DNA of 60,731 nt from a virus. Its lineage: Duplodnaviria; Caudoviricetes. Under the pieces are notes generated by a model, which was given only the letters and a program-made list of their open reading frames with translations, did no database searches and was not told the DNA's origin. A program made the position numbers and the translations under genes. Below, in pieces: positions 46,862 through 56,160 of the stretch. Numbering within the stretch: position 1 is the stretch's first letter; each line of letters begins with the position of its first letter. The DNA is taken from positions 1 to 60,731 of IMG/VR virus record IMGVR_UViG_3300030061_001772; one strand, written 5' to 3'.

Positions 46862-47014
46862 TTATTTAAATGCTAATAAAAATTCTCTTAATCCCATTCC
46901 AAAAGCAACTCCAGCATAGAGTGGATGTGCATGTAATAATAGCATCGCACCAATAACTGCATAAGCTATAGCTTTTGATAAAGGATGATTTATTATTTCT
47001 TTAATAGTTTCCAT
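46862..47014 (-). CDS. Small membrane protein (50 aa)
   Basis: METIKEIINHPLSKAIAYAVIGAMLLLHAHPLYAGVAFGMGLREFLLAFK; coupled start. Confidence 0.65.
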   Translation of the reverse strand: METIKEIINHPLSKAIAYAVIGAMLLLHAHPLYAGVAFGMGLREFLLAFK

Positions 47015-47352
47015 TACTCTCCCTTTCTTTTACCAGTGTAAAGAGTAGCTATACCTTTATCTGTTGATGAATCAAAATGTATTTTACCGCTTGATGGGTT
47101 GTTTCTTCTGCTATGATGATGCACTTTGTGTACTGATGACTCTCCACCTGATCTACTCATAGCACCGGCATGACCACCGTGTCTTTGCTCAGCATCATAG
47201 TGCGCATCTTTTTTTAATGCATGTGCATGATTAAAATCATTTTCAGCTGCAGCTTTTTTACCGTGCTCTAGTTCGTATCTTCCATCAGCTCCTAGTTTTT
47301 TCTCGTGAGAGTAATCATCCATAGATGCTTCTTTGTCTTGATATTTATTCAT
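47014..47352 (-). CDS. His-rich hypothetical protein
   Basis: 112-aa ORF with many His residues. Confidence 0.65.
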   Translation of the reverse strand: MNKYQDKEASMDDYSHEKKLGADGRYELEHGKKAAAENDFNHAHALKKDAHYDAEQRHGGHAGAMSRSGGESSVHKVHHHSRRNNPSSGKIHFDSSTDKGIATLYTGKRKGE

Positions 47353-47355
47353 AAC

Positions 47356-47544
47356 TCATTTTCTTTTACAACCAAAATTATTAGCATAGTTAGCCATTTT
47401 GATTACGTTTGATTTATACTTTTTCTTATTTTTCATTACAGCAGAGGCAGCTGAACAAGCGTCTTTAAAACCGTTCTTTTTAGCCCACGCTGTAAACTTA
47501 CCTTGATTTTTTTCCTTTATTTCAGGAAATTCTTTTTCTGCCAT
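47356..47544 (-). CDS. Small basic protein
   Basis: NQGKFTAWAKKNG...KMANYANNF. Confidence 0.7.
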   Translation of the reverse strand: MAEKEFPEIKEKNQGKFTAWAKKNGFKDACSAASAVMKNKKKYKSNVIKMANYANNFGCKRK

Positions 47545-47546
47545 AA

Positions 47547-47690
47547 CTATTGTTTATAAGGGAAATTTTTATTAAACCAGTCCTTACGATGGTCACAGCC
47601 ACAGCTAGCAGGTATAGTATCAACTAATTTTTTTATACCTGTTGCTTTTGTAAACTTTTCTATCGTATCGCCTAGTCCTTTTGATTTCAT
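47547..47690 (-). CDS. Small GLGD...CGC protein (47 aa)
   Basis: MKSKGLGDTIEKFTKATGIKKLVDTIPASCGCDHRKDWFNKNFPYKQ. Confidence 0.7.
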   Translation of the reverse strand: MKSKGLGDTIEKFTKATGIKKLVDTIPASCGCDHRKDWFNKNFPYKQ

Positions 47691-47691
47691 T

Positions 47692-47790
47692 TTAATATTT
47701 TTTCTTTTTCATTTTTGGCTTTGGTGCGCTTTTCTTTTTACTGGATTTTACCTTTCCAGCTGGCTTTTGTTTTTTTCCGTAACCTGGCAT
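47692..47790 (-). CDS. Small basic peptide (32 aa)
   Basis: MPGYGKKQKPAGKVKSSKKKSAPKPKMKKKKY fills the gap exactly. Confidence 0.6.
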   Translation of the reverse strand: MPGYGKKQKPAGKVKSSKKKSAPKPKMKKKKY

Positions 47791-47798
47791 AATTTTAA

Positions 47799-48221
47799 TT
47801 ATAAATGTTTATATTCTTCTGTCGCATCAAAAGATGGACATGCTTTATTTGCAAAATCTCTGTGTCCGTGGATTTGTGCTTCTGGATACATTGCTTTAAG
47901 TGTTCTTAGTACTGCTAAAAGGCTTTCTTTTTGACAATCGTATCTAGTATCTTTTGGGGTCTTACCATCTGCTTCTACGCCTCCGCAATAACAAATACCA
48001 ATGCTGTTTCTATTCTGACCCTTCGAGTGAGCCCCAATTCTAGCTATATCTCTACCTTTATGTATTTCACCATATAAGTCTATATAGAAATGATAGCCTA
48101 TGTCGCTCCAACCTCTACCGTCAACATGCCAACTACGTATAGTATCTACTGTGTAGTTTTCACCTTCCCTGGTAGCAGAGCAATGTACAATAATTTTATT
48201 TATCTGTCTCATTTTTATCAT
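47799..48221 (-). CDS. N-acetylmuramoyl-L-alanine amidase endolysin (T7 lysozyme-like)
   Basis: IIVHCSAT, WSDIGYHF, GAH and HRDF..KACPSF. Confidence 0.93.
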   Translation of the reverse strand: MIKMRQINKIIVHCSATREGENYTVDTIRSWHVDGRGWSDIGYHFYIDLYGEIHKGRDIARIGAHSKGQNRNSIGICYCGGVEADGKTPKDTRYDCQKESLLAVLRTLKAMYPEAQIHGHRDFANKACPSFDATEEYKHL

Positions 48222-48366
48222 TTTTTAACTTCCACCATCTATGAGCAGTATAACCAATGGTTACACACAGTAAAGTTATTTTTAACAAAGGCTCTAACCA
48301 ATCAAAACTAGCAATTGTGAAAGAAGTTATATTAAAGCAATATAACTTAAGATCATCGACACCCAT
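48196..48366 (-). CDS. Small holin-like membrane protein (56 aa)
   Basis: MGVDDLKLYCFNITSFTIASFDWLEPLLKITLLCVTIGYTAHRWWKLK...; directly upstream of the endolysin. Confidence 0.6.
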   Translation of the reverse strand: MGVDDLKLYCFNITSFTIASFDWLEPLLKITLLCVTIGYTAHRWWKLKNDKNETDK

Positions 48367-48533
48367 TATTCGTTTGCGTTAAAGACAGCGTTGCCTTTGT
48401 AAGAACAGTTATCTATAGAAAATCCTGCTCTATTTGTAGTAATAGCACTTTTCATTTTTCTTTTTCCAGCGTCAACGACTAAAGGGCTTTTATCAACCCC
48501 TGCTGGTTTTTGTTTTTCTCCGTAACTTGGCAT
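48366..48533 (-). CDS. Small hypothetical protein (55 aa)
   Basis: MPSYGEKQKPAGVDKSPL...; its stop overlaps the next start. Confidence 0.6.
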   Translation of the reverse strand: MPSYGEKQKPAGVDKSPLVVDAGKRKMKSAITTNRAGFSIDNCSYKGNAVFNANE

Positions 48534-48551
48534 AGTGTTTTTTTTTATTTA

Positions 48552-49268
48552 TTAATCTAATTTAATATCGTCGTATGTTGTACCCATTTTAATATCGGCT
48601 TTAACAGATTTGTAAGCCATTTTTCTAGCAGAAACATCCTCATTTCTATCATTTCTCTTTTTCTTTCTCGCAGCTCTCTTAGCTGCTCTTTTTTCTGAAC
48701 CTTTAAGCTTATTTGCAGCCTCAATTTCTTCTTTATAAACATCTCTTCTTTGCTTTCTATCTTCTTTTCTATCTGCTTTTTTAGATTCTCTAGCACCTTT
48801 TTTACCATAATGTATTTCACCTTTAGAATCTTCAAAACCTTCTTGTGCTGCTTCGTGATACTCTTCATACTCTCCTTCATTTTCTGCTTTAGGCACATCT
48901 GGAATAAACTGCTCATACTGACTACCTCCCATAGCTGCTTGACCAGCTAATCCAGCAACGTTTCCACCTATGTCTGTAGTTCCATATGCTGATCTCATTA
49001 TGTCGCTTTCTGCTCTTTGTGTTGGATCTGCCACTGAATAATTTAAAGAAGAAGATGTGATTCCTGGATCATATTGATTTACAGGAGTTGTTGTAGAATT
49101 TGCAGCAGTATTTCCTGAACCCATTGGTAAATTTCCTGGATTACTACCCATAGCTAAATTATTATATGTCCCCTGAGTAGCAGGCGTAAACGCGCTTTGA
49201 TTAGCTGGAGCCATTGGAGCTGGTGGAGCAACCGGATTATTTAATGTTGAATATGGATTTACTGGCAT
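48552..49268 (-). CDS. Hypothetical protein
   Basis: Pro/Asn-rich N-terminus and very basic C-terminus. Confidence 0.7.
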   Translation of the reverse strand: MPVNPYSTLNNPVAPPAPMAPANQSAFTPATQGTYNNLAMGSNPGNLPMGSGNTAANSTTTPVNQYDPGITSSSLNYSVADPTQRAESDIMRSAYGTTDIGGNVAGLAGQAAMGGSQYEQFIPDVPKAENEGEYEEYHEAAQEGFEDSKGEIHYGKKGARESKKADRKEDRKQRRDVYKEEIEAANKLKGSEKRAAKRAARKKKRNDRNEDVSARKMAYKSVKADIKMGTTYDDIKLD

Positions 49269-49269
49269 T

Positions 49270-49701
49270 TTATCTTGTTTTATCTTTATTTACAAAAGTG
49301 ATAGCTTTTGAAGTTACCTTGTAACTATATCTACCACTCTTGTCTATTTTTTTTGTAGGCATATCTTCTTCGCCTAACATAATTCGATACATTCTACTTA
49401 TTAACTGTTTGCACTTTGTGGATACTTTATATATGTGATATTTTTGGGTTGTGCGGTTTCTTTCTCTCCACACGGTAATCCACCCTTGTTTTAATAATCT
49501 GTTCCAGCGCCTGTTGTCCCAGCTATAAGAATACGTACCTTTTTTAAAATCATCTTTAGTAAACAAATCTACTGCTTCTAAATAGATTAACAACTCAAGG
49601 TCTGCATCATTAAGATTACAGGTTTTACACGCCCATTTACGTATAATTCTATAATGTTTTAATAACTTAAGATCTCTTAAGTCTGATGATGTTAGCCTCA
49701 T
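49270..49701 (-). CDS. Winged-helix (MarR-like) DNA-binding protein
   Basis: LNDADLELLIYL...RLLKQGWITVWR...YKVSTKCKQL pattern. Confidence 0.55.
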   Translation of the reverse strand: MRLTSSDLRDLKLLKHYRIIRKWACKTCNLNDADLELLIYLEAVDLFTKDDFKKGTYSYSWDNRRWNRLLKQGWITVWRERNRTTQKYHIYKVSTKCKQLISRMYRIMLGEEDMPTKKIDKSGRYSYKVTSKAITFVNKDKTR

Positions 49702-49958
49702 AGTAAAATAACCACATCAAATTCTTTTATAACCTTGTATTTTTCTTTTTGTATTTCTATATTAAATCCAGATGCTTTATCATAATAGATTTCATTACCT
49801 TTCTTTAATACTTTAACATCTGAACCTACTGTTACTATTTTAGCTTTTCTATATCTAATATCTTCTCTTTGACTTTCTGCCAATAGCAAGCCGCCTTTAG
49901 TTTTAGTATCTTTATCTTTTAACGGTTCTATTACTATATATTTACCAATTGCTTTCAT
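49698..49958 (-). CDS. groES: Co-chaperonin GroES
   Basis: KTKGGLLL mobile loop and VTVGS..V...G..IYY; adjacent to groEL. Confidence 0.88.
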   Translation of the reverse strand: MKAIGKYIVIEPLKDKDTKTKGGLLLAESQREDIRYRKAKIVTVGSDVKVLKKGNEIYYDKASGFNIEIQKEKYKVIKEFDVVILL

Positions 49959-51502
49959 GCTCTTATATTATTAATTACACAATCAGTAGACATTATAGTA
50001 GTGGCGACAGAAGCAGCATTAATTAATGCACTTTTAGTAACAAGTAAAGGATCTATAATCCCGGCTTTAACCATATCCACCGTTTTTCCTGTAACCACGT
50101 CTAATCCTTCACCGTTACTTAATGATATTTTACTTTGATCTATATTAGCATTATGCAATATTGTTTCATAAGGTTTTCTTATTGCACAATATAGTATCTC
50201 TTCTCCTATTGATTTAGGTTGTAAAATATTAGATGCATGAAGTAGAGCTGCCCCGCCACCAGGTACAATACCTTGTTTTATAGCAGCTTTAGTAGCGCAA
50301 ATAGCGTCTTCAACTCTATCTTTCTTTTCTTTTAACTCTACTTCTGAATTTGCCCCTACTCTTATTATTGCCATTTTAGCGTTTAAATTTCCTAAACGTT
50401 TTTCTAATCTAGCCTTAATATTTTTATTAGAAGAATCTTTAATTTTGTTCTTTAATATTCTTACAGTTTCTTTAACTTCCTCGTTGTCTTGTAAGTCTAC
50501 TTGTATAACAGTGTTCTCATGATTAGTGATAACCTTCTTACATGTGCCTAAATAATCTTCTGTTATAAGATCTGTATCATCTCCTAGGTCTTCATTTATA
50601 AGAGTAGCTCCTGTAACTTCACATAGGTCTGTTAAAGTTTCTTTTCTTCCTAACCCATAAATAGGTGCGTCAAGTATGTTTACTTTTATATTGCCTTTAA
50701 TTTTATTCATAGCAAGAGCAGATACTACTTGTTGATCCACGTCAGCTATTATCAATAAAGGTTTATTATTTTTTATAACATATTCTAATACATTCTGTAT
50801 TTTTCTAATGTTTTCAACTTTAGATTCTATAATTAAAACTAAAGGATTAGTTAACTCAGCTGTACCTTTTTCTTTATTGGTTATGAAATGATTGTTTTTT
50901 AATTCTCTATTATATTGAACTCCTTCAATTAGATCTACAACGGTTTCAGGCTGTTCGTTTGTCTCCATCATGACAACTCCTGTTTCATCTACTAGCTTAA
51001 AAGCTTTACCAATTATCTTTCCAAGTTCTTTATCATTGTTGGATGATATTGTAGCTACTTGATCAATCTTTCTTCCTTTAATTTTTTTTGCAGATTTTTC
51101 TAAAAGCTTAACCACATTGTCAACGCCTATATTGATACCTTCTTTAATACTTCTTAAATCATCTAAAAGCTCATGTTTATTAGCTTCGTCAAGTATAGCT
51201 TTAGCCAACACTGTTGCTGTAGTAGTTCCGTCACCTGCGTCTCTTACGGTTCTTTGAGCAGCTTCCTTGATTAGGGTTGCTCCAATATTTTCTAAAGGAT
51301 CCTGCAGCGTTATGTTGTTAGCAACTGTTACGCCGTCTTTTGTTATCTGTGGTCTTCCTTGTGCATCTTCTAGTATTACACATTTTCCACTTGCACCTAG
51401 TGTTGAAGCTACAGCATTAGTTAACTTTTCAACACCAGTAAGAACCTGGCTTCTGGCATGATCACCAAAAGCCAAGTTTTTGACTAGTTTCATTTCTTCC
51501 AT
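49955..51502 (-). CDS. groEL: Chaperonin GroEL
   Basis: ITKDGVTVA, AGDGTTTATVLA, RVEDA, GIVPGGG and GIIDP. Confidence 0.95.
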   Translation of the reverse strand: MEEMKLVKNLAFGDHARSQVLTGVEKLTNAVASTLGASGKCVILEDAQGRPQITKDGVTVANNITLQDPLENIGATLIKEAAQRTVRDAGDGTTTATVLAKAILDEANKHELLDDLRSIKEGINIGVDNVVKLLEKSAKKIKGRKIDQVATISSNNDKELGKIIGKAFKLVDETGVVMMETNEQPETVVDLIEGVQYNRELKNNHFITNKEKGTAELTNPLVLIIESKVENIRKIQNVLEYVIKNNKPLLIIADVDQQVVSALAMNKIKGNIKVNILDAPIYGLGRKETLTDLCEVTGATLINEDLGDDTDLITEDYLGTCKKVITNHENTVIQVDLQDNEEVKETVRILKNKIKDSSNKNIKARLEKRLGNLNAKMAIIRVGANSEVELKEKKDRVEDAICATKAAIKQGIVPGGGAALLHASNILQPKSIGEEILYCAIRKPYETILHNANIDQSKISLSNGEGLDVVTGKTVDMVKAGIIDPLLVTKSALINAASVATTIMSTDCVINNIRA

Positions 51503-51535
51503 TATATTTAATTAAATTTGATTTGTTTTGAATAC

Positions 51536-51820
51536 TTACTCGAAGGTTTTAACTACTTTAGGTCCTTTTAAAAACTCTAACTTTTTAGAGTAATGCTCTA
51601 TAGATCCATCAATAGCGGCTTCAGCACCATCCATTGTTTCTCTTCTAGTTACATCAATCCAGTCTTCATCTTCAGGGTGTTTATATTCGGTTTGGAAAAA
51701 CCCATTTGGCAATTGAACAATTCTCCAATTACTTTTCTTGGTTATATGTTTCCAATGGTCGATCATTCTTTGATCGGGTTGTGTAGCAGCTCTAAAGCCA
51801 CTGGTGTATAAAAACGTCAT
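51536..51820 (-). CDS. Hypothetical protein
   Basis: NWRIVQLPNGFFQTE...WIDVTRRET. Confidence 0.75.
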   Translation of the reverse strand: MTFLYTSGFRAATQPDQRMIDHWKHITKKSNWRIVQLPNGFFQTEYKHPEDEDWIDVTRRETMDGAEAAIDGSIEHYSKKLEFLKGPKVVKTFE

Positions 51821-51855
51821 GTTATTTGGTTTTATGTTTAACGTTGGTTATTTAT

Positions 51856-51866
51856 ACTATCACTTG
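51856..51866 (-). promoter_or_regulatory. Putative late promoter motif CAAGTGATAGT
   Basis: Intergenic copy upstream of the chaperonin operon. Confidence 0.5.
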
Positions 51867-51887
51867 ATAGTTCGGTTATTTAATATA

Positions 51888-52493
51888 TTAAGCTGTTTCT
51901 GAAGCATTTATTTTTATATATATTTGTCCTGATCCTTCTGAGCTAGTGCTATTATTAACACACCAACCAAATACTTGCTGTTGAGGAGTACTTCCTGCAT
52001 CTCCTACTTTTCCAACACTATTACCTTCTTGTATATATTCTCCGTTGTTTGGGGTTGATGTCCAATCTACATCTACATATGCTATTCCAGATGTTCTAAG
52101 TTGACAGTAGTCATTTACTCCTATTAATGTATTGTATGAAATACCTATCATAGCTTCAGCAGCTGCAGCGGTTGTGGCACCAATCCTAACAGTGTTTACT
52201 GTTGTAGATGTACCTGCGTAAAACCATTTATTTGTAAATTGTGTTCCAGTAGTAAAGTATTGGGAAAATGATGGGCTCATGAAACACCCACCGTAATGAT
52301 CGCCACTTCCATCAACGGCCGGGTTATTAACCCAATTCATAAAACCTTCTATTGTTTTATCTATAACACTTTGCCCGTCTTCTAATAACTCATTATTATT
52401 AGTATAGCTTGCTCCATAATCTGTACCTGCGTAAAGTCTTTCTATCTGTTCTTTTGTACGTACTCCCCAGTGGTGAAAATTTTGATAACTCAT
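51888..52493 (-). CDS. Putative capsid cement/fibre-associated protein (paralog 3)
   Basis: N-terminal WGVRTKEQIERL; C-terminal beta domain. Confidence 0.6.
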   Translation of the reverse strand: MSYQNFHHWGVRTKEQIERLYAGTDYGASYTNNNELLEDGQSVIDKTIEGFMNWVNNPAVDGSGDHYGGCFMSPSFSQYFTTGTQFTNKWFYAGTSTTVNTVRIGATTAAAAEAMIGISYNTLIGVNDYCQLRTSGIAYVDVDWTSTPNNGEYIQEGNSVGKVGDAGSTPQQQVFGWCVNNSTSSEGSGQIYIKINASETA

Positions 52494-52494
52494 A

Positions 52495-52995
52495 TTAATA
52501 AAGTTCTATAGTTTGTAATGCTATCCAAGCTAAATTTCCAGAGCTTACACTTTCCATGCAATAACCCATTACAGAAGCTCCTGGCGTAGAGTCATCGTTT
52601 ATAGTTCCATTGGTATACAAAACTACAGACTGTCCAGAAACCAACGTTTGGCCGGCAACCGCTTGTATTTTCCCAGCAAAAGCTACCGCAGCATGTGTTG
52701 GTTCACCACTGTTTAATCTAGCTACTACTCCACAAAAAGAATTTTTATCACTTGATGATGCTTTTTCTATTTCACCAGTTGTTAAGGTTCTAGCAGTATT
52801 GCCAACAGCGATTGATTCTCCAGCATCTATTTTAAACATAACACTTCTTTCATCTATCCATAATATACCATTGTATATTTCCAATAGTTGAGACGTTGTA
52901 TTAAATACTGTATCACCAATACTCATTCCAGTTAAACTGTCTATTTGAGTAGTGGTTCTTTTTCCGTAAGTATATGGCAATGCTTTGTAACTCAT
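52495..52995 (-). CDS. Putative capsid cement/fibre-associated protein (paralog 2)
   Basis: YGKRTTTQIDSL..GDTVFNTT; cement-like AGESIAVG...VMGYCME. Confidence 0.6.
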   Translation of the reverse strand: MSYKALPYTYGKRTTTQIDSLTGMSIGDTVFNTTSQLLEIYNGILWIDERSVMFKIDAGESIAVGNTARTLTTGEIEKASSSDKNSFCGVVARLNSGEPTHAAVAFAGKIQAVAGQTLVSGQSVVLYTNGTINDDSTPGASVMGYCMESVSSGNLAWIALQTIELY

Positions 52996-52996
52996 A

Positions 52997-53680
52997 TTAA
53001 TATTGTTCAGTTGAAGTTCCCCATATTGCTATTAAAGCGCCATCTGCGCCTTCAGGCTCCGCATCTGCACTGTCTATTATAGGAAAGCTAGCTTCAATGC
53101 ATTTACCTAAAGCTCCTCTTTGTCCAGAATTAGGATTTGTTTGTGTTATTTGATTGTTGCTAGTTCTTAAATACATAGGAACATTTAAAGCTAAAGTACC
53201 AAATCTTTTACACGGCCATACGCCCATCATTGCTATCATAACCATAGCTCCATTAGCAGCTCTTTCTACAGCAACTCCTAGTGGATATCTAGAGTCTGTA
53301 GAACTAGTTGATAAATCTATAATAGGTCTTGTTCCAGCTGCGCCTGGAGCTGTTGATCCACTCCATTGACAAACAAAGTCTCCAGGGTTTATGTTAGAGC
53401 CACTATTATTATAACACATATATAATCCATTACCTATCCAATGTTTACCTTGAACAAACGATCCTCCTTGATCAAAGTCGTAGTAAGTCAATATTTTGTG
53501 GTTTCTCATTAAGCTGCTAGCATGTGTATACTGTAACTCCATTATAACCGTATCTCCACTAACCAAGGTAGGATTCCAATAATTAGAAGCTCCTGATGTT
53601 GTTCTGTTTAGAGCAAATATTTGATCATATGTTTTGATACCATGATTAGTACCACCTGTGTTGTTAAAAGTATAGCTCAT
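52997..53680 (-). CDS. Putative capsid cement/fibre-associated protein (paralog 1)
   Basis: HGIKTYDQIFAL; NNSGSNINPGDFV...LGVAVE...LGKCIE. Confidence 0.6.
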   Translation of the reverse strand: MSYTFNNTGGTNHGIKTYDQIFALNRTTSGASNYWNPTLVSGDTVIMELQYTHASSLMRNHKILTYYDFDQGGSFVQGKHWIGNGLYMCYNNSGSNINPGDFVCQWSGSTAPGAAGTRPIIDLSTSSTDSRYPLGVAVERAANGAMVMIAMMGVWPCKRFGTLALNVPMYLRTSNNQITQTNPNSGQRGALGKCIEASFPIIDSADAEPEGADGALIAIWGTSTEQY

Positions 53681-53682
53681 GA

Positions 53683-55668
53683 TTACTTAATCCACCAGTT
53701 TGATCCATCTGAAACTAACTCATAATAAGTGTAAATAGATGCTAGTGGTAAGCCATTCGTTGTTCTATTAACGCCGTCTATAGTTTGACTACTTACTGTT
53801 TTTATAACTACAGTATCGTTTACACTGTTTTGCGCTACATATTTAACACCAACAATAATACCAGATGAAGCACTTGGTAAAGTTATAACTATATCAGCTG
53901 TACCACTGCTAGTAGTAACTAAGTATAGTTTATCAGCTAAAACTCCGCCGGATGCGCTTACTGCATTAACGCTAGTTGGAAAGCCGCTACCACCACCACC
54001 GGTTCCATTGGATGCAGCTGTTAATCTTCCTTGGTCATCTACAGTTATATCAGCGTTTGTATAACTACCAGCCGTAACTGTTGTATTAGCAAGAGAATTA
54101 GTAACTTTATAAGTACCACCATTAAACGTAGTGTTTATACCAGTGCCTCCTTCAAATTTTATACCAGTAGTATTAGTAGCAGTAAACTGTAACGAACCCG
54201 CAAAGTTATCAACCTCTAAAGAAGTAGAGTTAACAGGTAAATCAACCCATTCTAATGTTGCTAATGGAGGTGAAGTAGCTGCGTAAGTACCAACACTTAA
54301 TATTTTTCCCGTTGCGCCTGGAGAACCATTAGGTACCTTAACACTATATGTAGTTGCGCCAGAGTGATCAGGACCTATTAAATTAAATGAATGTGAAGAT
54401 CCTGCGGCAGCACCACAGTATAGTCTTAATTCTCCATTTGTACTATCAGCACCAGCTATGTCTACGCGACCAGCTGTATTACCTTGATTACCTACAGATA
54501 CTCTTCCAGCTCCGTTATAACTAAAGGCATTGTTAGCTGCAAAAACATTTGGTGTACCACCTCCATTGTATTGTACTTGAGAAGAAGCTCCTGCGGGAGG
54601 AGTTGAGGTTGGCGATGTCGATGCTATTGTTATAAAGCCACCACCTGAATCTCTTGTTACTGTAGTTCCACCAGATCCTTTTACTTGTAGATTAAAATTG
54701 GTTCCATCATCTATTGTTAAGTTAGGATCTGTATCAGTTCCACCAGTTTGAGTTGCTGAGAACGATGTTATGTTACTTACTGTTGGAAATGTAGTTAAAT
54801 TACCTTCACCAGTGACATATTGCGTACTTGCACCAGCCCAAGTAAAACCTAAAGCAGGTGTAGTTGTTGGGTTAGCTACGTTTACGCCTAAAGCTGCTCC
54901 ACCAACAGTAGAAGAAACTTCAGTTACAGAACCGCCTGAACTACTAATAGTTTGCCATGTTGCATCGCCTCTTAGAAACTTTGCGTTATCACCAGAAGTC
55001 GTAGGAGCAGGTACTAGTCCAGAGGTAGAGCTTGCTGGTGTACCACTATTATAAGAAAATACACTATATGTTGTATCAGTCCATGGAACATTAACAAAAC
55101 CTTTTTCAGAACTTAATTCTAATGGATAATTTTTTGCGTTTTGTGCATATCCTATTTGTATACCACCTCTAGTGCCGTCAGCTGCTAAAGGTAAACTGTA
55201 AATAGTGTCTGGTGGTATAGCCCAAGTGTTGTCACCTCTTAAAAAAGTAGTGTTATCTGTAGTTCCTGTAGCACTTAAGTCAGCCGTTACAGTTACAGTG
55301 CCTGTTGTAGGTGTATTTGGAGTTAAATTTATAAAAGTTCCATCAGTTGTAGTTACACTATCTACAGAACCTCCGCCTCCTCCGCCGCCTGTGGACGATA
55401 TAGTGATATTACTACCGCTATTGCTAAGCGTTATATTGCTTCCTTTTACTAATTTAACCGTACTTACTACAGAACCAGCGCCGTCATTAAGTTTTACATC
55501 TACATCTGCGCCATTTTGAGCCGATGTTAGTGTGTAAGTGGTGTTAATTAAGTCTTTTAGGCTAGTTATAGTTATATTCTTAGTTTTCTTCCCGTCATTA
55601 GAGTCTGATATAAGTAATAAATCGTCTAATACGGGAGTTGCTACCGGATATGTGTATATTATAGCCAT
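53683..55668 (-). CDS. Fibre protein (tail or head fibre)
   Basis: FLRGD.TW twice, YSLPLAADGTRGGIQIG, TAGSYTNADITVDDQGRLTAASNG and C-terminal ITLP...TIDG...SDGSNW. Confidence 0.8.
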   Translation of the reverse strand: MAIIYTYPVATPVLDDLLLISDSNDGKKTKNITITSLKDLINTTYTLTSAQNGADVDVKLNDGAGSVVSTVKLVKGSNITLSNSGSNITISSTGGGGGGGSVDSVTTTDGTFINLTPNTPTTGTVTVTADLSATGTTDNTTFLRGDNTWAIPPDTIYSLPLAADGTRGGIQIGYAQNAKNYPLELSSEKGFVNVPWTDTTYSVFSYNSGTPASSTSGLVPAPTTSGDNAKFLRGDATWQTISSSGGSVTEVSSTVGGAALGVNVANPTTTPALGFTWAGASTQYVTGEGNLTTFPTVSNITSFSATQTGGTDTDPNLTIDDGTNFNLQVKGSGGTTVTRDSGGGFITIASTSPTSTPPAGASSQVQYNGGGTPNVFAANNAFSYNGAGRVSVGNQGNTAGRVDIAGADSTNGELRLYCGAAAGSSHSFNLIGPDHSGATTYSVKVPNGSPGATGKILSVGTYAATSPPLATLEWVDLPVNSTSLEVDNFAGSLQFTATNTTGIKFEGGTGINTTFNGGTYKVTNSLANTTVTAGSYTNADITVDDQGRLTAASNGTGGGGSGFPTSVNAVSASGGVLADKLYLVTTSSGTADIVITLPSASSGIIVGVKYVAQNSVNDTVVIKTVSSQTIDGVNRTTNGLPLASIYTYYELVSDGSNWWIK

Positions 55669-55671
55669 GTT

Positions 55672-56160
55672 TTACTTTATACCTGTTGTTTTCCACGTAC
55701 CTTCTTTCTTACCTGGCTTTAATTTATAGTCATAATCTTCTACAATATTGTCTTTGCTTCTTTTTAGGTGTCTACCATATATTAAATCTCCTTTTCTAGG
55801 TCCACTTTCCATATCATACATGCTTTTACCGTCTTGACCTATGTCTTGGCCTGGTATAGAATAAGAATGTCCTAGTTCTTTAGCAGCTTGAATCCCTGCA
55901 GACGCAGTTAACTTGCCAGCTTTTCTAGCAATTAAGTCTCCTACCATGTTGCTAGCAGTTTTACCTACTGCATTAGCAAATTTAGATCTTGGACCAGGAC
56001 TATTATCTGACACAACATCCATGTTTCTTCTTGCTAGTCCTCTACTTTTGTTAACAGATGTAGTTACTACACCGGATTTTTTGTTAGTGGTAATTTCTAA
56101 CTCAGGAAGCATTGTGCTTGGTTTTGGATCTTTACCTTTTCTTTTAAATGGATTTCCCAT
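55672..56160 (-). CDS. Hypothetical protein, first gene of the leftward block
   Basis: 162-aa ORF. Confidence 0.7.
   Translation of the reverse strand: MGNPFKRKGKDPKPSTMLPELEITTNKKSGVVTTSVNKSRGLARRNMDVVSDNSPGPRSKFANAVGKTASNMVGDLIARKAGKLTASAGIQAAKELGHSYSIPGQDIGQDGKSMYDMESGPRKGDLIYGRHLKRSKDNIVEDYDYKLKPGKKEGTWKTTGIK

Noticed and set aside
42184-55668. Diversity-generating retroelement targeting the fibre or BspA-like genes
   Set aside because: No reverse transcriptase and no template/variable repeat pair seen in the window.
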